NCBI GenBank assembly: GCA_010015805.1
Contig: ML978128.1
Location: 434,001-498,000 of the forward strand
Direction: 5' to 3'
Length of the DNA stretch: 64,000 nucleotides
Origin: Rhizodiscina lignyota
Lineage: Eukaryota
Part shown: in pieces, positions 41,404-52,876 of the stretch
Layout: each line of letters opens with the position of its first letter
Numbering within the stretch: the first letter of the stretch is position 1
Position numbers and translations under genes: made by a program
The notes under the pieces: model-generated
Seen by the model: the letters and a program-made list of their open reading frames with translations, nothing else
Database searches by the model: none
Told to the model about the DNA's origin: nothing

Positions 41404-42630
41404 TCAAGGCTTATACTCGCTCCAATCCGTGAGCTCGCCATCTTTCATCAGTCCTGGCGTGATCCAAGGGGCCGACTCCTTCCCATCAACCGGAATCGCA
41501 TTCAAGAAACCCCATCGCCCATTCGGCTTCCAGCCCTTCTTCTGCCAGTCATTCAACGTCCCATTCGGGAAGAAGTCGACAACCTTCGGCAACGCCTCGT
41601 CGTGCGCAATGCAGACCATAACATTCGGACTGGCGTCAAACTCCTGCAAAGCGTTGATAGATCGCTGTGCCGCGGGCGGCTCCACATACCAGCTCTCTGC
41701 TGCATCGCTCACTTCATAGTACGGAGACGTCCTCTCCTTGCCCTTGTTGGGATGCGCGGCTGTGAAAATCGAGCATGGACATGGTGTAGTGAATCTGGCA
41801 GGGTCTAACGGAACGCCCTTTGGTATCTCCGCTGGCATCGGAGCATATTGCGTCGGTCTGAATGAGCCTCCGAAATGGCACACGTCTCCGCCGCAAAACA
41901 CAAATGTGTCTTTCGTGGTTCTAGCAAGCCCAGAGATGTGGCCGGTTGCATGTCCAGGCACATTGAGGATATAGAAAGAGCCATCGCCGAAATAGTCGTA
42001 TGCTTCAAACTGCCCAATCTTAAAGTCTGGGGAGAATTCAGGCTCTCGCACGGTGCGGCCTTCAAAATCTGTCTCGAGCAGATGCGCGTCCTCCTGGGCT
42101 GGATACCCAGGCATGAAGTTCTTCTTGAACCCTGGCCCAACAATCAACTCGGCAGATTTCGGGAAAAGAGAGGGGTCTCCCAAATGGTCCCAATGCCTGG
42201 TTTTGGATTATTATATATCGCCCACTGAGAGTAAAATAGAGTTAGTTACTTGCCAGTGACTGATAACCATAGCGCTGATCTTGCTGATATCGACGCCACC
42301 TTCCGTGAGGATTTCGTCGACACCCTTCGTAATGTTCACTGCTGGGATGAGTTTTTTAATCGTAGCGAATGTGTTGGGAGAAAAGTTCCAATAGTCTTTG
42401 CGGCCTCCAAGGTCGAAGAGGATCTCCTTTCCAGAGGGATGGCGGATGTGGAAGCAGAATGTCGGCAGATTGAGATATGGATGTCCCTTGATGATTGGTT
42501 TCACAAAACCACTAGAAGGGCAGACGATATCACATTGCGCGTTGATGATAGATAGCTGCACGGCAGTGTCTCCTTTCGGAAGGTGGAGGTCTGGCGTTGG
42601 CTCAGGCTGGATATCTCCTTGAGACGACAT
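41404..42630 (-). CDS. Metallo-beta-lactamase fold hydrolase (AHL lactonase / lactamase-like); GC-AG intron 42253-42197
   Basis: LFDLG, SHWHWDHLG (HxHxDH), DYFGDGSFYILNVPGHATGH, GGDVCH, IAHD. Confidence 0.9.
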
Positions 42631-43159
42631 TGTGGACGAATTTGAGAAGTTGAAAGCAAATAGAAGTGATAGTCAAACTTGCCTACTCGGCCTGGGTTTG
42701 GGCCTCGTTTATGTAGCACTCGGTCCGCCGCTTGGAGCTGCGGGGAACGGTGTAAAGCTAGAGGGGCGGAGGGGCTTCCCTCCATTGGGACCTGCGCCAT
42801 GATGAAGTTAAGGGCGGTGGCGCCCACCGCCCTCGGATACTGTGCGGCAATAACCTGGAAATAGGTTAGCATGATAAAAGCGGAAGCACAAAAGGGCCCA
42901 GCAGCCAGTTTGATCTGCAGAGGTGCACGCGAGGCAATGCAGATTTGGCATGAAGAGCAAACGCATAGGTAGAAAGCGGTAACTGCCGCCTGCGGACGTG
43001 TCAGAGGGATTGGTGCATGTCCCGAAGTTTTCCCATCTACCAGGCACCCACCCACCAACCACAGAGCTTCGCGACAATGACATAGCTTCGAGCTCCACCA
43101 CGCGACAGAAACCTCTCTCCCACAACGATTTCATGAACAAGCATGAACAGCGCGTCACA

Positions 43160-44543
43160 ATGGCAAGTCGTGCAGCAGAAGAGGAAGAAGAGGCCAGTTT
43201 GACCTTTCAGGTATGTGCTTCGAATTTCTCCATCGCGCATCTGAGTTTCACTCGAATTTCACTAAGTGCAGCGCAGGAGATCGTCCTCTCACCATTCCGA
43301 ATCATCTTCTCGCGCGAAGTTCTGCGTGTAGTCTTCAACAGCGCTATCCTCTTAATCACTGGCCTTGTTCTGCTCGCCGCCGCCGCAACGGTCTACATCC
43401 TCTTCTACAACTCCTACATCCCCATCCAGGGCTTCACTCGCGCGGTCCACCTTCAATTCGATCCTACAAACCATCATCATCCGTTCGGGGTGGTGCCAAT
43501 TGGACACGATGTCGTGACTGCGCAACCATACGATGTCCATGTTGCCCTCAATCTCCCGCGCACTCCCGAGAATCGTGGTGCGGGCAACTTCATGCTCGAC
43601 CTGCGCCTTCATGGCCCATCCACAAGCAAAGTTTCGGCAGCAGTGATGGAGGCAGTCATGGGAGATGCGGCTCCAGAGGTATTAGCGCACGCACGACGAC
43701 CTGCGATCTTGACTTACTACACTCCAACCCTAGAAAGTATTCGCAATGCGATTCGACTACCGGCGTACTTAAGCGGCTGGGGTAGAGATGCGGAGGTGCT
43801 GAAGATCTCGTTAATGGAAGGTGTCGTTTTCCCAAGAGGCTGGAAGAATATACCAGCGACCGCTCGACTCGAGTTGCACAGCGACACGAAACTGCAAGTA
43901 TACGCAGCGAGCCTCATATTCAGGGCGCGGTTCGGGGGCTTGAGGTAAGCAAATTCACTTCGGTCTAACGAAACAAGCTCCGGAGTTAATGTGCCTCAGA
44001 TACTTGATGTACAACTATCGCCTCACCTGCTTCGTCCTCTTCACTCTTGTCTTCTGGGCCGCCGAGGTCACCGCCGTCATCTTCTTCTGGGCTATCCTAT
44101 CGTACCTCGTCTTCCCTTCGAAATCCACTGGACGTGCGAAAATTGAGGCAAAGGAGGAGGACAGTGAAAGTGGCATAAAGGCTGAGCCAGGCGGAGCAGC
44201 AGAAGAGGACTTGTCAGAAGGACTCTCCGAGACTGAGCGCACTTTCCCTACATACTCGAGGCAGCCTCCGTTGCGCTACATTTCACCGGCAGTCAAGGAA
44301 GAAGCGGAAAAGAAAGATGAGCATGGAGAGCTTCCTGCTGCTGCTGTGGAGGCCGATGATGAAGATGAGGATGCTGACTTCATTGCCGACGACCCGCGTC
44401 CTATTCGGGGCTTGCATTCCGATTCTGGCCTGGGTACAAGCATGGAGAGCAGCGCCGCGAGACGTGAATCGGTGAGGAGGCGCAGATCTGGTGGATCTGG
44501 TGGATCCGGTGGATCTGGAGTTACGGACTTTCACGACACGTAA
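43160..44543 (+). CDS. Seipin (lipid droplet biogenesis); introns about 43211-43276 and 43945-43999
   Basis: TM1 then FYNSYIP, QPYDVHVALNLPRTPENRGAGNFM, VY.A.LIF.ARFGGLRYLMYNY, TM2, acidic tail with DSGLGTSMES. Confidence 0.92.
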
Positions 44544-44864
44544 TGACTTGCTTAAGATACCCTGATGCGAGAACTGAGCGCAAAGCGCTCTCTCGCTGGT
44601 TTTTGCTAGGGAAATAGTTTACAATGCTACGGGAGTTCAGCATGGGTATCGTGCTCCTCAATCATTTCAAGTGCCCTCTGGACGCCATGCTTCTAAGTAA
44701 ATGCAGTCGTGAAAAGGGAGTATTATCCGTGAAACAAAGTGTGAGAATCAATCAAAACAAAGCAAAACGTGTGTGTCCATCAAAAGAAAGGACTCGAAGG
44801 GAATTCCCGTAAATGCAAGTTTTTGCGTTCCCGTCAAGTAACAGTGAGTGAAGTGCGGTTTGCT

Positions 44865-46477
44865 TCACCAGAAGAATTTCTGGATACGAGAACCAATCGC
44901 AGCGCATATCGTTGGCGGGCCCTCATCATTCTCCACAATCCGAACACACCGATTCCACACGTCTTCGTCGCGGCGAGTCTGCATTCTCTGCTTCCATCCC
45001 CTCTCGTGGCGACCGGTGCGCAGGGAGAAGACCTGGAGTCCGCCGGCACCGTCGCCCGCCGCAATGATGCCAAGGTCGGCGTTGACATCGAATCCGACCG
45101 GGTACGTGTATTCGTTTTCGTATGCGAAGCGAATCACCGGAGTCGTAGAGTTTGACACTTTGGGGTACGGTATCATCGTATGTGCGTTAATGGGAGATGC
45201 CGCCTTGGTCATGCGTAGGTCGTAAAGGCACAGCGAACTCTTCAGCCCACAGACTGCAACAAGTGATTCGTTACCTGCACGCTTGACACCCACGACTGGG
45301 CCACCGTGGAACAACCTCAGACTTGTGCCATTACTGCGAGAGTCCCAGAGGCGAACGGTTGCGTTTCTAAGGCCGGCCGCGAGGGTATTAGGACTCAGCC
45401 AGTCAAGTGCAAGGACGTCGCTCGTTGTACTCATTGCCTGCCGGAACTGCCAGTCGTTCTCGCCGTAGAGTTGGATGACGCCATTCGATGTTCCGATCGC
45501 AACGTTCTCGGTGGGCCCGGAAGCATTGAACTGATTGAATGTGGACGCCCAGATTGTGTCGACGTCCGGACGAAACTGTAACGACAGTCCAGGATTTGTA
45601 GGGGACGAGTATTGTCCCATTCTCAACAAGTTTCTTCCGGTCCTGCGAAAGGTTTCGGGCTGGTGAGTTGCTTTTGTGATGTACACTACTGGCGCCTGGT
45701 GCGAGCCCGTTGATGTAGCGACGATCGTATTGGACGGCGACATGCTGATTGATGAAATCGTTGATCGGAAAGCCATCATCACCCAGGGGCTGGCGCCTTC
45801 CGCTCCTCTGTTCTCGGCATTCTCATCCTTTGGCGGGAACGCTATTACGTTACCGATGCCTTTAGCATCAGCGACGCCGAGGATAAATCCACCAGTTATC
45901 CTATCGATATCGAAGCAGTTAATGTCGGGTCTGTTTAGACCCATGGCATATTCCCTTTCGAGGTTGACGCTCCATTGATTACCCAGCTGTTCAACGACGC
46001 ACTCGCTTCTCGCACGGAGGAAGCCTGGCTGGCGGCATCCCAACTCTCGGTGTAGAGCAACACCAGCGATGCTAGCTGACTGCAGGACACGCGAGCGTTG
46101 GAGAAGTTCTTGTTGCTTTGTCTGTACGAATGCTTCGGATCGCTTTCGCTTCTTGATGGTAAGTTAGTAGTGCCGCCGATATCAAAAACACAAGTGAGAC
46201 AAACAAAAACACAGCGTTGCAAAATTTAATCACGGCAAAGCATACTCTATGAGAAACTGAAAGATCACGATAGACTTGCCTTGCTCTCTTGCTTCGCCTT
46301 ATTTACGGCCTCTTGGGAATATTTGCTTCCTCTCGGCGCGACATGGTTTGCCTCGATCTTGAAGTATTTCTTCTTTTCGGGGTCTGTGACCGTGAGACTG
46401 CCAAAATTCAACTACACTTCGAAAATCGGATACAGACCAAAGTAGAAGCCAGGTAGCTCCCTGCCGTTTGCTGCCAT
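44865..46477 (-). CDS. WD40 protein, DCAF4/WDR21-like CRL4 substrate receptor; introns 46437-46384 and about 46279-46152
   Basis: N-terminal ELPGFYFDPEKKKYFKI; WD-like SDVLALDW, GLRNATVRLWDSR, LCLYDLR (WDxR / YDxR). Confidence 0.8.
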
Positions 46478-46736
46478 CGCGCCGAACGCGCGTTCTTGGA
46501 CGGAGTGGAATTTTGAAGAGAAAGCAGGTGTTGTATGCAAAGCAGAAGTGTCAAAAGGTCGGAAACGAGGTGTTGTGTGATCCGCCCCAGCCATACCCTT
46601 TTGGGACAATCTGGGGTATGCATAATGACGCCACAACCGCGTATCCGCTCATCCTCGGTGCTCAGCGTGGCTAAAACAATTATCTGATAATGGCCTGGTC
46701 TTACCCATCTCCAACTACTTCCCCAATTCCTATTTC

Positions 46737-48728
46737 ATGCTCTCACGAGCCCTCCCACGCATCACGGCATCCCGAACCCGACTCGCCCAGATGGCCGCCC
46801 ACTTCTCCAACGGCAGCGCCGGCGCTGCAACGAACGGGGACAGCAAAACCTACACCCTGAAAGACCTACCGAAATCAAATGTCTATACATCGAAATTACC
46901 TGCTGACGAGGCCTACTCGACGCCTTCGGCTTCTCACAATGCAGAACGAAAAGACCTCGGTCCGCGCCTCGTCAAAGGCGCACTCTACACATACGTCCGC
47001 CCAGAGCAGACGAAGGAGTTCGAGTTGCTCGCTGTGAGTCCTCGGGCGATGAAAGACCTTGGGATATCGCCGGAGGAGGAGAATAACGAAGAGTTCAAGG
47101 AGGCAGTCTCAGGGAATAAGATCATATCCTGGGATGAGAGTAAGCCAGAGGAAGGAGTCTATCCATGGGCGCAATGCTATGGCGGATACCAATTTGGACA
47201 ATGGGCTGGGCAATTAGGTGACGGGAGGGCGATATCGTTGTTTGAGACGACGAATCCAGCGACTGGCACGCGATACGAGATTCAATTGAAAGGGGCGGGG
47301 CGGACGCCGTATTCGCGCTTTGCGGATGGCAAGGCGGTGCTCAGGTCAAGCTTGCGAGAATTCGTGGTGTCGGAGGCGCTGAATGCACTAGGCATTCCCA
47401 CGACGCGAGCCTTGTCGTTGACATTTCTGCCGAATGCACGAGTCGTAAGAGAGAGGATTGAGCCTGGTGCTATCGTTGCGCGGTTCGCACAAACTTGGAT
47501 CAGGATCGGGACGTTTGATCTTCCGAGAGCAAGAGGAGATAGGAAACTTGTAAGAAAGTTGGCGGAGTACGTTGCAGAGGAGGTGTATGGAGGCTGGGAC
47601 AAACTGCCTGGGGCGCTTCCCGATAAGAAAGAAGGAGAGGAGCAAGATTGGTTGAACGTTTCTACAGGAGTAGGGAAGGATGAAATACAAGGCAAAGACA
47701 ATGACGCTCAAAACCGCTTCGCACGTCTATACCGACAGATCGCGCGTAAGAACGCTACGACCGTCGCTGCATGGCAGGCTTATGGCTTCATGAATGGCGT
47801 GCTCAATACAGACAATACGTCTATCCTTGGCCTTAGCATTGACTTCGGCCCATTTGCATTCATGGACAAGTTCGACCCCACATACACTCCTAATCATGAC
47901 GACGCGATGCTCAGATACAGCTACCGCAACCAGCCGTCCATCATCTGGTGGAACTTGGTGCGGCTTGGCGAGTCATTGGGCGAGATGATTGGGGCTGGGG
48001 ATTGGTGCGATGATAAGGAGTTTGCCGAGGAAGGTGTGCGGCAAGAGAAAGCAGACGAGCTCGTCGCGCGTGCGGAGAATCTCATTGAGAAGACCGGCGA
48101 CGAATACAAAGGTGTCTTCATGACCGAATACAAGCGGCTCATGACTGCGCGGTTGGGTCTCAAGCAAGCCAAGCAGTCGGACTTTGACGAGCTGTACTCG
48201 GAGCTTCTGGACACGATGGAAAATATTGGACTGGACTTCAATCATACTTTCAGGAGACTGTCGTCTTTCAAGATGGGCGACCTTGAGAGCGATGAGCAGC
48301 GGAAGGAAGCTGCTACACGGCTATTCCCAAAGACAGGCCTTGAACGAGAGGAAGACGAGTCCAAGGAGCGGATGGCGAAGTGGTTGAAGAAATGGCGTGA
48401 GCGGATGTGGGAGGATTGGGGAGAGGAGGAGGAAGAGCCGAGGATAGAGGCAATGAAGAAGGTGAACCCGAAAGTGAGATATATCCCATTTGTCTCGAAT
48501 GATACAATCACTAACAGGGCGTAATAGTTCATCCCGAGAGGCTGGCTCCTCGACGAAGTCATCGAGCGCGTGGAGAAGAAAGGCGAGCGCGATATTCTGA
48601 AGGGTGTCATGGGAATGGCATTAGATCCGTTCAAGGAGGAATGGGGCTGGAACCGAGAAGAAGAGGAAAGGTTTTGCGGAGACGTGCCAAAGTACAAGTC
48701 TGGGTTGCAGTGCAGCTGCTCCTCATAA
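46737..48728 (+). CDS. SELO/FMP40: SelO / YdiU family protein adenylyltransferase, mitochondrial; intron 48474-48527
   Basis: Arg-rich presequence; YGGYQFGQWAGQLGDGRA, QLKGAGRTPYSRFADG, GFMNGVLNTDN, IDFGPF, NPK|FIPR; ends CSCSS* (Cys form). Confidence 0.95.
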
Positions 48729-48779
48729 TTCACATAAAGCCATAGCGAAGGAGAAGACTGTAAGACCTACTGTATTCAA

Positions 48780-49660
48780 CGCCCAAGTCTGCAATCTTAA
48801 GATACCCTCGAAGCTTCTAGCGTACGAAGGAGCTACTTTCCCGCAAGCGAATAGCTCTATGGAGTAACTCTATTACAGTCGCCTTCAGCACTTACACGAA
48901 GCTTCTACATATTAGTAAGTCTATATTCGAGGTTATCAAGGAGTAGCTTAGTAGGCCTACCTTAGAGGATTTACTTCTCATTGTCGCGGAAAAGAGGCGT
49001 TATTACAGGCCTCATGCGCCTACGAGGACTAGCTCCTTCGTAATACACGCAGGTAAGAAAATCGTCGACTCCAATTAACTGAACGCTTGTCGTAAGAATA
49101 AGGTCTATTCTTTAGCACGAGCGAGAGCGTCTCTGAAAGCTTGATTAAATATATATTAGAGAGCATTTACCTAAGATACGCAGCTTCAGTGTATATAACT
49201 TATATTAACTAATGAGGATATACATCCTCGCCGCTCGACATATTGCAGCCATAGCTCAACTATTTTGTCACCCACAGTGACCCGTTTGCGTATTACTATC
49301 TGCTTCCCTCGCTCACTATGAAGGAGCTAGTTTACCGCAGGCAAACAGTCGACAGAGCCACTCTGTTACAGCCGGCTTCAGCACTTCTAAGAAGCTTCCG
49401 TACATTAGCAAGTTTACATTCCATGTTATTAGGGAGTAGCTTGGTAAGCCTGCTTTAGAAGATGCGCTACGAAAGTAAAAGGGTTTCAGTCTCTGCAAGT
49501 TCCAAATGTATCCTTCCAAACTCCAACCTTGGCGACTTGCTATGGTAACATCTACAAGACTCGTCGGATTCACACGTAATGCACTACGTCTATACGAAGC
49601 GGCAGCCACAGACCTTGAAAGCGGCTTCCTCACCTTTCATCTCTTATATGGACTGTAATG
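48780..49660. repeat. RIP-like degenerate sequence relic
   Basis: By eye, strong excess of TpA (TAG/CTA/TAC/GTA) and few CpA/TpG relative to flanks; no credible ORF. Confidence 0.55.
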
Positions 49661-49829
49661 CGAAATCTATGCGTGTTTACTATGCTCACAGCACTCAACA
49701 TCATGCCAAGCATCGTGAGAAATGTCAATAACCCGTTTTCATTTCGATCGCGCGTCGGCAATCTCACAAATTGACTGATAATGATATGCTAGTCAATCTA
49801 CCCCCTTGAGGGTCACACGTTCGATTGGA

Positions 49830-51134
49830 TCATTGGCTAGCCTGGTCCAGATGACCCAGGCCTGGAATGCCCGCGCCCGACTCCACCCTGCTTCTCTTCG
49901 CCAAATGGCGAGTGTTGGCCTCCTCCTCATCCACCATACCGTGCTTCTCCCCCGTCTGCGCCGCAGACACACCCTTCGCCAGCTCCGCCGCATCTGCCTC
50001 TCCCTCCCTCAAGGCCTTCTCCATGGCCTCGATGCGCGCCTGCTGCTTGGCCGCCTTCTCCTTCTCTTTGCCCAACTCTCCTACGAGTACGTGGACTCCA
50101 GCCACCTGGCTCTTTAGCTCCCGCACCTCAGCCTCTGCGGCGTCACGATCAGTGGTCAGGCGCGTATTCAGATCCTTGTACGCGTTGACATCCTCCCTCA
50201 GCACCTGCTTCTCTTCCTTCAGCTCTCTGATCTCCTTGTCATGTTCCTCTGCCTTCCTGGCCAGCTCCATCTTCAGCTTCTCGACCTCAATGTCGCGCTC
50301 CTCCACTTTCTTGGCCAGCTCCATCTTCAGCTTCTCGGCCTCAACATCGAGCTTCTTGACCTCAACATCGCGCTCCTCCATTTTCTTGTACAGGGCCGCG
50401 TAGTGTTTTTGGGTCTGCTCAAACCAGTTGTGATTCTGAACGGCGTACTTCCGCACATCGTCCGCATACCTGAGCAACTTCTCGACTTCTTGCTTTCCTT
50501 TGATGGCGGTATCATTGCAAGAAATGAGCTGTCCGAGGAAGTCGTTCGCGGTAGCGGAAGTCTTGTCCCACGCCTTCTTGAGCTGGATGACGTCTGAGGG
50601 GCTCAAGGTGCCGTCTTGACTCTTGTAGAGCCGCGCAATGAAGAGATCGGCCTCAGTTTTGGCATCGCGGAACGCTGCTTTGGCATATTCCATGAGATCT
50701 TCTCGCAGTTCGGCGACATTCTTGACTCTGTCAAGGTGGCTAAGGCCACGGGAAACGTCATTGTCGAGTTTCGTTACGTTCGCGGTGAGCTGCGTCGGGG
50801 TAGCTGAAGTAGTGTTGACGTGAGAGGTAGCGCCCTGAGGAGCAGAAGGTGCTGTAGCTGTAGCCAAATCTACGGCCTCCGACTTGACTGCTTTGCCAGA
50901 GCTTTTCGAAACACCACTTCTAGTGTTGGTGTCGACAATATCCATGGGCGAGGAGGTATGCTCTCCATCGTGAGCGTTGCCTAAACTGCACGTAAAAGTT
51001 TTGACTGAAGCATTCGGTGCTTGTGCTTTGGCGTGTTTTTTCCTCAAAGAAGCGGAAATTCTACGCTCACGAGCGCGCTTACTATTCACAGGGGTCCGAT
51101 TTGGATCAGAAGACTTGTTGTATGGTTGCTTCAT
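49830..51134 (-). CDS. Hypothetical coiled-coil protein with internal tandem repeats
   Basis: Intronless ORF (first ATG 51134) with basic N-terminus, T/S-rich linker and a long E/K heptad region; GC-rich third codon positions. Confidence 0.7.
   Translation of the reverse strand: MKQPYNKSSDPNRTPVNSKRARERRISASLRKKHAKAQAPNASVKTFTCSLGNAHDGEHTSSPMDIVDTNTRSGVSKSSGKAVKSEAVDLATATAPSAPQGATSHVNTTSATPTQLTANVTKLDNDVSRGLSHLDRVKNVAELREDLMEYAKAAFRDAKTEADLFIARLYKSQDGTLSPSDVIQLKKAWDKTSATANDFLGQLISCNDTAIKGKQEVEKLLRYADDVRKYAVQNHNWFEQTQKHYAALYKKMEERDVEVKKLDVEAEKLKMELAKKVEERDIEVEKLKMELARKAEEHDKEIRELKEEKQVLREDVNAYKDLNTRLTTDRDAAEAEVRELKSQVAGVHVLVGELGKEKEKAAKQQARIEAMEKALREGEADAAELAKGVSAAQTGEKHGMVDEEEANTRHLAKRSRVESGAGIPGLGHLDQASQ
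50258..50385. repeat. 54-nt and 21-nt in-frame tandem duplications
   Basis: tggccagctccatcttcagcttctcg at 50258 and 50312; cctcaacatcg repeated with 21-nt period. Confidence 0.85.
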
Positions 51135-51162
51135 GTTTGTAGCAGAAGCTGGCGAGCTTGTC

Positions 51163-51222
51163 GTTGTCGAAAGACGTCGTTGTTGAAAGGTATGGTTGTT
51201 GAAAGGTGTCGGTTGTTGAAAA
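51163..51222. repeat. Four-copy 16-17-nt minisatellite (GTTGTYGAAA core)
   Basis: gttgtcgaaag, gttgttgaaag, gttgttgaaag, gttgttgaaaa just upstream of the coiled-coil ATG. Confidence 0.7.
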
Positions 51223-51702
51223 TTGTTATTGTTTTTTGTGGTGAGTGTGGGCGCCTTGAGAAAAAAAGGCAGAAGTATGAAAAATAGAAGTGCCAAGAGT
51301 AGCTGTGAGGTAACAACACACGCTCGTGAATTGTGTAATCACGGTGTTGGAGCAGGTGGAGATGAACGCTCTTAAGGGGTCATGAGTCGTTAGATTTGCT
51401 TGCGTTTGCTCGTAACGTGATTGTTGATGAAGCCGACAAATGTATGACAATTATACAGAAAGAAAGTTCTTTGCGAGGGGAAGACTGGCAGATAAACAGT
51501 GCTGTTCTTGCCGGTGTTGTCCCGTCCTTTGTGGTAATGCCGTATGCCGTATCCAAGGACGACAAGCCTCAAGCCGCGCCTTTCCCTCAAAATCCGTAGC
51601 ACATAACTATAAGAGAGTACCGAAAAGCTTTGACAGGCCTGTGGAACAACAGAAATATCCAAGACTAATAAGGTTGTACCGTCATTGATGATATGTCGTC
51701 CA

Positions 51703-52876
51703 TCACGAGTCTTGGCGTCGAGAAGGGAGCCTCAAGAGTCCGGGCTCTGGGTCCTCTCGTCCTCTGCCCGGTCTCACCAAGCGCTTCAAACCCATCCAAG
51801 GCGTATTGATGGGGCTATCGCCCTCATAAACAAAGACGTCGTAAAGGAAGCCGCCAAAAAGACAGCCCAGGAATGGGGCAATCATCGGTACCTATAGAAA
51901 CGATCAGCGACCACCGTTGAGCAAAACCACCGTGGCGATCCTCCACGACTATGACTTACCCAGAAGTAATGACCGTCAGCCGTCCATACCTCGGATCCAT
52001 ATCCCACAGCGGCTGTCAACAGTCTTGGACCGAAGTCACGGGCAAAGTTCAGGGCAAACGCAGTTTCCCATCCAAAACAGGCAGTAATGCCCACAAATGT
52101 TAAACCCAATCCGAGAGGCGTGAGCTTCCCAGCGGCGATATTTCCCTCGTCTGTCAGAGCAAAGATCATGAACATGAGGATTGAGCTGGGAATGAACTCG
52201 CTGAAGAACTGTGCGGTCTTCGAGCCTGCAACGACGTCGGCTGGATAGGTTGCGAATATGCCTGCAGTCGCGTTTGTGCTGAAGCCAGGCACAGTACGAA
52301 TCCCAGGTCCACCTTCATATGCATCGATGGCCTTGATGTAATTGCCGTACACGACAGCTGCAGCAGCAAACGCTCCGGCAGTCTGAGCGACGGCGTAGAC
52401 AGGGAACTTGGACCACGGCAGGCGACGATAGACACACATTGACAACGTCACTCCGGGATTGAGGTGCGCGCCAGACTTTCCTGCGACGTATGCGCCGAGA
52501 GTGATCCCAACGCTATGTTCGTTAGCATTGATCAGCAACAGTATGCGAATTGGCTAGAGACGTACCCCCAGCCAAGAACAATCGAGGTGTAAGTGCCCTT
52601 CTGGCCATTGCTCAGAACGACTTGAGCGATGCTTGCTAAGCTGAAGAGCAGGAATATGAATACCCCAAAGAACTCGGAGAAAGCATCCTGCGCGGTGGAC
52701 CGCACGCGACTCCATGCCAGCGGCCTCTGGAGATGAAGACCAGATGGGAATACCTGCTCCTGGAGAGGTGAAATTGGAGCCCTCAGAGTACTTGAGCTCA
52801 GTTGTGAGGTTAATTGACGTTCGGAGATGGTGATTCCGGCATCCCCATGGTGGGAAACAATCTTATCAAGTTCCAT
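51703..52876 (-). CDS. Aquaglyceroporin (MIP family, GlpF/Fps1-like); two introns
   Basis: DAFSEFFGVF, SGAHLNPGVT, TAGIFATYP, GWETAFALNFARDFGPR, YFW|IPMIAPFLG. Confidence 0.93.

Noticed and set aside
44487..44520. TCTGGTGGA repeat
   Set aside because: Encodes a low-complexity (SGG)n tail of seipin.
48700..48780. Selenocysteine/SECIS in SelO
   Set aside because: The C-terminus is TGC AGC TGC TCC TCA TAA (CSCSS*), with no in-frame TGA.
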